Assembly (NCBI GenBank): GCA_028864975.1
Contig: JAGWLG010000052.1
Location: 1-14,294 of the forward strand
From: Thermoplasmata archaeon
GTDB taxonomy: Archaea; Thermoplasmatota; Thermoplasmata; Lutacidiplasmatales; UBA184
Direction: 5' to 3'
DNA: 14,294 bases
Shown in pieces: positions 1 to 9,000 of this stretch (position 1 is the stretch's first letter; each line of letters starts with the position of its first letter). The translations under genes and the position numbers were made by a program. The notes beneath the pieces are model-generated. The model did no database searches. It was not told the DNA's origin and saw nothing but the letters and a program-made list of their open reading frames with translations.

Positions 1-3000
1 GCCGGGGGAGGCGGAAGCGTCGGGGCTTGCTGCGCCTCCCACGGGTTGGACGGCTCGGGCGGGGCGGGCGGCTCCGGGGGAGGAGGCGCAGGGGAGGCTT
101 GCTCCTCCGGCGGTGGCGATTCTTCCACCGGCGGAGGCGAGGGTGGGGAGGGGGGGCTGCTGTGGGTCGCATCCGTCCCTTGCGAAGCGCAGACGAAGCA
201 CTCTGACCTAGCGGAGGGCAACGGGGATCCGCAGTTCGGGCACCGGGGGAACTCCGACTCCTGGGGGTGGGGTTCGTCCTCGCCGGCGACCGCGGCTTCC
301 AGCAACTCCGGGGAGGTTCCCGCCGGAATGACACCGCCTTGGGGTTCGACAGCGGGCGCAGGAGCTTCCACGACCGGGGGAGGCGGCTCTTGTGGCGGCA
401 GGCCAACCTCCGGCGCCGGGCCCACAGGGACGGGCCCGGGCTCCTCCTGCGGGGGGCTTTCGAGGGCGGGAGGGGCCGGTGGGGGGGGCGGAGGAGGCGG
501 CGGGGGTGGAGGTGGTGCCACCGGGGTCAGCGGAAGCTCCGCAGCCTCTGGGGGCGGAAGCTGCGGTGGCAGGATCTCCGTCACCTCAGGGGTCAGGTTC
601 GCTTCCGGAGTGCCTTCGGGGGCGCCGCTCGTCGGTGGGGGCACGGGGGCCATCAGGTCGGCCCCTGCCGAGGTTTCCGTGGCCCCGGTCAGGGTCGCCG
701 TCGGCTCCGACGTTGCCTCGACACTCGCCTGGGGCTGCTTCTTCCTCCGACGGAGGAACAACACCAGCAGGAGGAGGGCGATGACGGCGGCGAGCGCGAG
801 CGCAAGGAGCGTGAGCGGGAACCCTCCACCGGTCGGATGCGGCCGAGTCCCGGAGGGCACGGCCGTCACTACCAACTTCACCTGCAGGGAGACGGCAGAG
901 TTCCCGCGCGCATCGGTCACGGTGACCTGGAAGGTGTAGTTCCCGGCTCCACGGGGCGTGAAGTTGAAGAACGCACCGCTGGCTCCGGAAAGAGCGGAGC
1001 CGTTCAGGGTCCAGTGATAGACGAACCCCGCCGTGCCTTGGGCGACGGAAGCTTGAAGCCCTACCACCCAGCCGACTTTCGCGCTCGTGGTGTTGGCCGT
1101 CAGCGAAACGGTCGGGAGGGCATTCACCACCACCGACACCGTCGACGTGGAACTCGTCCCTCCGAGCGCGTCGGTCACCACGACCTGGACACGGTAGGTG
1201 CCGGCGGCCGTCGGAGCGTAGGCAAAGGTCGGGGTCGAGGTCCCCGGAGCCGACCACGCCACCCCGTTCAGCGACCAGGCGAGCGTGAACGGCCCGCTGC
1301 CTCCCGTGATGGAGACGTTGAGCCACGTCGTGCCCCCCACGTCGATGGGTGAGAGCGGGGCACCGAGGGCCGCGGCGACCGCCGGGACCACGCGGAACGT
1401 CGTGCTGGCCGATCCTTTGACGTTGCCCGAGTCCGTCGCCGCTGCGAGGATTGTATGGCTCCCGCTGGTCGTAGGCCGGTACACGAGGGTCGAGGTGGTG
1501 TCGCCGCTCACCAAGTTCCCGTCGATGAACCACGCGTAGAGGTAGGGTCCGGCCCCTCCCTGACCCTGGGCGGTGAACGTCGAGGAGATACCGACCTCAC
1601 CGCCCCCCGTCGGCGAGGTGAGAGATACCGAGACGCTCACGACCTGGACCGAGACGTTCACGGAGGAGGCCCGGAGCCCGATGCCGTCGATCAGGACGAC
1701 TTGGATGGTGTACGTCGCGCCATGCGAGCTGGAGAAGGCGAAGGATGCGCTGGAGGTCCCCGCCTGGAGCGTGCCGTTGACGTACCAGGCGTAGGAGGTC
1801 GGAGGCGCCCCACCTGTCGAGGTGGCGTTGAAGTTCATCACGGAGCCGACACCGACCTCGGTCGTGGTGCTGGGGGAGATGGCGACGAAGGGGCGCGCAT
1901 AGACCGTGGCGGTGACGTTGAACCAGAGGACGTTACCATGGCCATCGCCGAGCCGCAGGGTGAGCGCGAAGCTCCCCGCTCCGGTCGGAGCGAGCTGGTA
2001 GCTGCCGGTGACCTGGCCTGCCAAGACCGACCCGTTGAGATACCACTGATAGGAATAGGGGGACGCCCCGCCGCCGACGGTGGCGGCGAAGGTCTGCGAC
2101 ATGCCCACGTCCATCGTGGCGCTCGTGGGACTGACGGAGGCGACCAGGGGCGGGCCGGCGACGACCGTCGCGTTTGCCCAGGCGGTCATGGGGCCCGAGG
2201 CGGAGTCGGTGGCCCGGAACCCGATCCAATATATCCCTCCGCGCGCGGAGGAGAACATGTAGGCCGTGCAGCTCGTCGCTCCCGCAAGGGTCGTATTGTT
2301 GAGCGACCACTGGCAGGTGAAGGGGCTCGAACCGCCCGACACGGCGGCCGCCAGCGTCACCGATTGACCGGCGTCAACGCTAGAGGTGGAGGGGGTCTCT
2401 GTTGCGGTCGGGACCGCCGCGACCGAGATGGTAACTGGCGTTGAGGAAGTCGACCCACCGAGCGCATCGACGACGGTCGCGTTCACGCTGAGGCTCCCAG
2501 GCGCACTCGTGGCGATGTCGACCCCGGCGCAGTTGCTCCCGGACTGGCGGACCGAGTTCACGTACCACCGGCAGATGGTCGCTCCGGTCCCTCCGCTAAC
2601 GACCCCCGTAACGTTCGCGGTCTCCCCCACGTCCACCATCGGGGTCGTCACGGTCAAGGCGACCGTTGGTAGAGCCTTCACTGTAATCGCTACCGAGGTG
2701 CTTGCGGTGTTGAACGAGTCATTGTACCATGCCCAGCATACGAGGGAACCCGGCACGAGGAAGGCGTGGTTCGGGCTCTGGGAAGTCGAGGTGAAGCCGT
2801 CGGTGCAGTGCCAGGCGTATGTCGTGGGGGCGGTGCCTCCTGACCCGCTGGCAACGAGGCTCACGATCATCCCCACATCCACTGGGTCGGGCGAGGCGCT
2901 GGCAGGACCGATGGAAGGGGCGACGTTGAGGGTGAGCGTCACGCCCTGAGATGCCTGGTTCCAAGTGTCGTTAAACCAGACCTCACACATCTCGCTCCCC

Positions 3001-6000
3001 ACCGCCGTGAATGTGTGTGTCGGGTTCTGGGAGGAGGATTGGAAGCCATCGGTGCAGTGCCAAGAGTACAGGGCCGACGTGCCCCCCGTTCCGCTGGCCA
3101 GGAGGGTCACCGGTGTGCCGGCGTCCGTGGGGTTGGGGGAGGCTGATGCGGTGACCGATGGGAGCCCGTTGACCGTGACGGTTATCGAAGATTGGGAGGT
3201 GAGCCACGTGTCGTTGTACCAGGTCAAGCACGTCACGCTCCCTGCGGCGGTGAACGTGTGGGTCGGGTTCTGCGACGCTGAAGTGAAACCGTCGGAACAG
3301 TGCCACGCGTAGGTCGTCGGCGCGGTCCCCCCGGACACGGTCATGCCCAAGTTGACGAGCACCCCAACGTCGACCGGGTTTGGACTCGCGGTCGTCCCGG
3401 TGATGGCGGGAATGGAATCCACGGTGACGGACATCGCGTTCGTCGAACCTAGGAACGAATCGTTGTACCAGGACCTGCAGAGATAGACCCCGGTGGCGGC
3501 GAAGGCGTGGCTCGGGCTCTGGAGCGCGGAAGAGAACCCATCCGCACAGTGCCAGGCGTAGGTCTGCGGCGAGGTCCCACCGCTTCCAGTCGCGGACAGC
3601 GCGACCAGCACGGTGGGGTCGACGGGGTTGGGAGACGCCGAGATCGCGGGAAGCGTCGGGGCCGCGTTGATCGTGAGCGAGACGGAGCCGGCCGAAGAGA
3701 GCAGGGAATCGTTGTACCACGCAGTGCAGGTAGGGTTCCCCGGCTGGGAGAACGGGTGAGTGGGGCTCTGGGAGAGGCTCGTGAAGCCATCGGTGCAGCG
3801 CCAGGCGTAGCTCGTGGGGGCACTGCCCCCCGTGCCGATTGCGGAGAGGACGACGCCCACCCCAACGTCCGTGGGGCTCGGAGCGCCGGTGACCGAGGTC
3901 ATCGCAGGGTCACCACTTATCGTTACCGACACGCTCGAGGAAGATTGGTACCAGGTATCATTGTACCACACCCAGCACGTGGCGGCTCCCGGGGCGCTGA
4001 AGGTGCGGACGTCGTCCTGCGTGACGGCCGTCGCCCCATCGCTGCAACGCCAGAGATAGCTTGCGCCAGTTCCACCGGCCCCCGCTCCGTGGAACGTGGT
4101 GGGTACCCCGACGTCCGTGGGGGAAGGGCTCACCGATGCGACCACCGACGGGATCGCACCGACGACCTCGGACATCGTGGCCTGCGAGTCCGCGCTCGTG
4201 GAGTCGTTGACCCAGAAACGGACCACGAACGTTCCCGAAGCGTTGAAGGTGTGCGTCGGCGAGATGTAGTGCGAAGGAGTAAGGGACCCGTCGCCGAATC
4301 GCCACGCGTACGTGTAGGGGCTAACCCCCCCGCTCACTCCTCCGGAGAAGGCGACCGGGATGCCCACGTCGACCGGGTTCGGGGTCGCCGCAACGCTGGC
4401 CGCCAAGGTGGTAACGGTTACGCTGACCGTCGAGCTCATGCTCACACCGACAGAGTCGTTGACCCAGAAGCGGACCACGAAGGTGCCCGTGGCGTTGAAG
4501 ACGTGCGTGGGGTCCTGATAGCCCGAGGGGGTCAGAGAACCGTCGCCATACCTCCAGGCGAAGGTGTAGGGACCTGTGCCTCCGGTGAACCCGCCATTGA
4601 GCACCGTACTGGCGCCGGTCCCGGTGGGGTTCGGGTTCGCGGTAGGCATGGGATTGGGGTCGGCATGGACCACGACACCGTCCCCTGAGGAACACTTCGT
4701 AACGGGGGTCTGCGCACTGTCCGTGACCGTGTAGGTGTACGTCGTGTTGGCCGTAGGGGAGGCGACGTAGGTCGGTCCCGTTTGGCCCGTCAAAATGTTC
4801 GTGCAGGAAGCCCCCGAATACCACTGCAGAGCATAGGGGCTGGTCCCTCCCGACGGGTTCGCGGTCAGTGTGACCGATTGGCCACTGTCGATAACGGGGG
4901 AGGGTGGAGCGATCGCTCCAGCGACGAGCGTGGGGTTCACGGTGATGACCACAGGGCTGGCGGTCGTCGTGGTCACTGCCCCCGCCCCGCTGCTGTCTGT
5001 CACGGCGACGCAAAAGTATGTCGTGGAAGAGGGAGACAGTGCGGTGAACGCCTGTGGGCTAGTGGCTGAGGCGACCGTCTGAACCACCGTGAGCCCGATG
5101 CACGATGAGCCCGAGGTGGACGTGTCCAGCCTCGCGGTGAACGAGGTGGTGCCCCCGGTCCAGCTGGCCGTGAACGCGACCGTCTGCCCGTTGTCGATGG
5201 TCTCCGAACCCGGTGCGAGAGTCGGGGCACTCAACGTGGGATTCACCGAGAGCGTTACCGGGGCCGCAGTCGTGGTGGTCACCGCTCCTGCCCCGCTACT
5301 GTCGGTGACCGTGGCGCAGTAGAAGGTCGTCGAAGCCGGAGCGACCGCAGCGAATGCCTGGGGGCTCGTCGCGGGCCCAATCGTTTGCACCAACGTCAAT
5401 CCCATGCACGAAGTGCTGGAAGTGGAGGTGTCCAGCTTCGCCGTGAAGGAGGAGGTGCCGCCCGTCCAACTGACCGCAAAGGCGACCGACTGCCCGTTGT
5501 CGATCACCTCGGAAGCCGGAGAGAGCGACGGGACGCCGAGCGCTGGGCTCAGCGTGACGACCACGGGCGCCGCCGTGGTCGTGCTAACGGCCCCCGCCGC
5601 ACTGCTGTCCATGATCGTGGCACAGTAGTACGTCGTCGAGGAAGGAGCTACCGCGGCGAAGACTTGGGGGCTTGTGGCGGCAGCGATGGTCTGCAACGGG
5701 GTCATTCCCGTGCACGACGTGCTGGACGTGGAGGTCTCGAGCTTGGCATTGAACGAGGAGGTGCCTCCCGCCCAGGACGCGGAGAAGGTCACCGTCTGCC
5801 CGTTGTCGATGGTTTCTGAGCTCGGTGAGAGCGTGGGCGCGGAGAGCGCGGGGTTCACGGAGATCGTGACCGGGCTTGCCGTGGTGGTCGTCACCGGCCC
5901 CGCCCCGCTGCTGTCCGTGATCGTAACGCAGTACGAGGTCGTCGACGTGGGCGACACCGCCGTGAAGGACTGAGGACTGACCGCCGTCGAGACCGTCTGC

Positions 6001-9000
6001 AACATCACGAGCCCCGTGCACGAGCTGGACGAGGTGGAGGTGTCCAACTTCGCCGTGAACGAGGACGTGCCCCCGCTCCAGCTCGCAGAGAAGCTCACGG
6101 ACTGTCCACTGTCGATCGATTCCGACCCGGGCGAGAGCGTCGGCGCCGAGAGCGCCGCGTTCACCACCACCGTGTCCGTCGAGGAGTAGACGCTCACGGC
6201 TCCCGCGGCACTGCTGTCCGTCACGCGATAGCAGAAGTAGTAGGTCCCCGCGGACAGGGTGTTGGGAGTGGTGTAGGTCGGTGAGGTCGCTCCCCCGATG
6301 GCCGGAGAGGTCGCCGAGCAGGTGCCCGAGGTCGTGGGGTCGTACCACTGCCACGTGAAAGGAGAGGTCCCTCCCGTCGCCGCATTCGTTAGCACCTCGG
6401 TCTGGCCCGCGTCGATGGCAACACTCGTGGGTGTCGGGACCGCGGCCGCCAGCGCCGCGTTCACCGTGATCACCACCGGGCTCGCCGTCGTGGTCGTCAC
6501 CGCTCCCGCTCCGCTGCTGTCCGTGATCGTGGAACAGTAGTACGTGGTCGAGGTCGGCGCGACCGCGGTGAAGGCCTGGGGACTGCTGGCGGGCGCAATC
6601 GTCTGCACGACGACCAGGCCTGTGCACGACGCGGACGAGGTCGAGGTGTCCAGCTTCGCCGTGAACGAGGAGGTCCCTCCCGCCCAGCTCTCCGAGAACG
6701 CCACTGATTGGCCGCTGTCGATCGCCTCCGATCCCGGGGAGAGCGTGGGCGCAGAGAGCGCGGCGTTCACCGTGATCACCACCGGGCTCGAAGTCGTCGT
6801 GGTCACCGCCCCGGCTCCACTGCTGTCCGTGATCGTGGAACAGTAGTACGTGGTCGAGGTCGGCGCGACCGCGGTGAAGGTTTGTGGGCTGCTGGCAGAC
6901 CCTATCGTCTGAACCACCGCCAAGCCTGTGCAGGTAGAACTGGAGGTCGACGTGTCCAGCTTCGCCGTGAACGAGGAGGTCCCTCCGGTCCAGCTCACCG
7001 AGAAGGTCACGGACTGCCCACTGTCGATGGTCTGTGACCCCGGTGAGAGCGTCGGGACCCCCAGGGCAGAGTTCACCGTGATCACCACCGGGCTCGCCGT
7101 CGTGGTCGTCACCGCCCCCGCCCCGCTACTGTCCGTGATCGAGGCACAGTAGTACGTCGTCGAGGTGGGCGCGACTGCGGTGAAGACTTGGGGACTGCTG
7201 GCCGACCCAACCGTCTGCACCACCACCAGCCCCGTGCATGAGGAGCTCGAGGTCGACGTGTCCAGCTTCGCCGTGAACGAAGCGGTCCCTCCCGTCCAAC
7301 TCGCGCTGAAGCTGACCGACTGACCATTATCGATGGTCTCCGAACCTGGCGACAACGTCGGGGCGCTCAAGGCCGCGTTTACGGTGATGACGACAGGCGT
7401 CGTCGTGGTGGTCGTCACCGCCCCGGCCCCGCTGCTGTCCGTGATCGAGGCACAGTAGTACGTCGTCGAGGTGGGCGACACCGCGGTGAAGGACTGCGGG
7501 CTCACGGCAGACGTGATCGACTGGACGAGGACCAGACCTGTGCAGGAAGCGCTGGAAGTCGACGTGTCTAGCTTCGCCGTGAACGAGGAGGTGCCCCCGC
7601 TCCAGGTCGTGGAGAAGCTCACGGACTGGCCGCTGTCAATCGACTCCGATCCGGGCGAGAGCGTCGGTGTGGTGAGCACCGCGTTCACCACCACCGTGTC
7701 CGTCGAGGAGTAGACACTCACAGCTCCAGCGGCACTGCTGTCCGTCACGCGATAGCAGAAGTAGTAGGTCCCCGCGGAAAGCGTGTTGGGAGTAGTGTAG
7801 GTCGATGACGTTGCACCCCCGATGGCCGGAGAGGTCGCCGAGCAGGTGAGAGAGGTCGTGGGGTCGTACCACTGCCACGTGAAAGGAGAGGTCCCTCCCG
7901 TTGCAGCATTCGTCAGCACCTTGGTCTGGCCCGCGTCGATGGTGACGCTCGTGGGTGTCGGGATCCCCGCCACGAGCGCTGCGTTCACCGTGATCACCAC
8001 CGGGCTCGCCGTTGTGGTCGTCACCGCCCCCGACCCACTGCTGTCCGTGACCGTGGCACAGTAGTACGTCGTCGACGCGGGAGAGACCGCCGTGAACGAC
8101 TGCGGGCTCGTCGCCGACGGAACGGTCTGAACCGTGACCAGCCCCGTGCACGAGGAGCTTGAGGTCGACGTGTCCAGCTTCGCCGTGAATGCCGAGGTAC
8201 CTCCCGACCAACTGGCCGAGAAGGTCACCGACTGGCCGCTGTCGATCGACTCCGATCCCGGGGAGAGCGCGGGCACGGACAGCGCGGCGTTCACCGTGAT
8301 CACCACCGGGGTCCCTGTGGTCGTGGTCACCGACCCCGCCGCACTGCTGTCCGTGATCGTGGCACAGTAGTACGTGGTCGAGGTGGGAGCGACCGCTGTG
8401 AAGGCTTGGGGACTGCTTGCGGACGCGACGGCCTGCACCACCACCAGACCCGTGCATGAGGAACTGGAGGTCGAGGTGTCCAGCTTCGCCGTGAACGAAG
8501 CGGTCCCTCCCGTCCAGCTCGCGCTGAAGCTGACCGACTGACCACTGTCGATGGACTCCGACGTCGGCGAAAGAGCAGGGTTCGTGAGCGCAAGGTTCAC
8601 CGAGACCGTATCGACCGCCGAGCACACGCTGACCGGGGATGACGCACTATCGGTCACCTTGTACGAGTACGAAGTGGTGCTGGCCGGGTTCGCATTGTAC
8701 GTCGAACCCGTCGCGCCCGTGATCGCGGTTCCGCACGCGGTTCCGGTGAACCATTGATAGGCCGAGTATGGAGTCGTCCCGCCGGCTGGATGAGACGTGA
8801 GAAGAAGGAACTGCCCGCTATCGATGGTCGGAGAGGCAGGCGTGATCGGGCCCGCGACCAGAGCGGGATTGACGACGTACGTGATCGACCCTGAGGCCGT
8901 CGCGCCGTTCCCGTCAGTCACCTTGACGGTGACGGTGTAGGTTGAGGACGCGCTCGGGGAACAGCTATCGGTCGACGTGAGGGAGTTGGTGCAGCCCGTC

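Noticed and set aside
4929-8588. CRISPR array or non-coding satellite
   Set aside because: The periods (306 and 300) are multiples of 3, variation is concentrated at synonymous sites, and there is no repeat-spacer structure. These are coding repeats.
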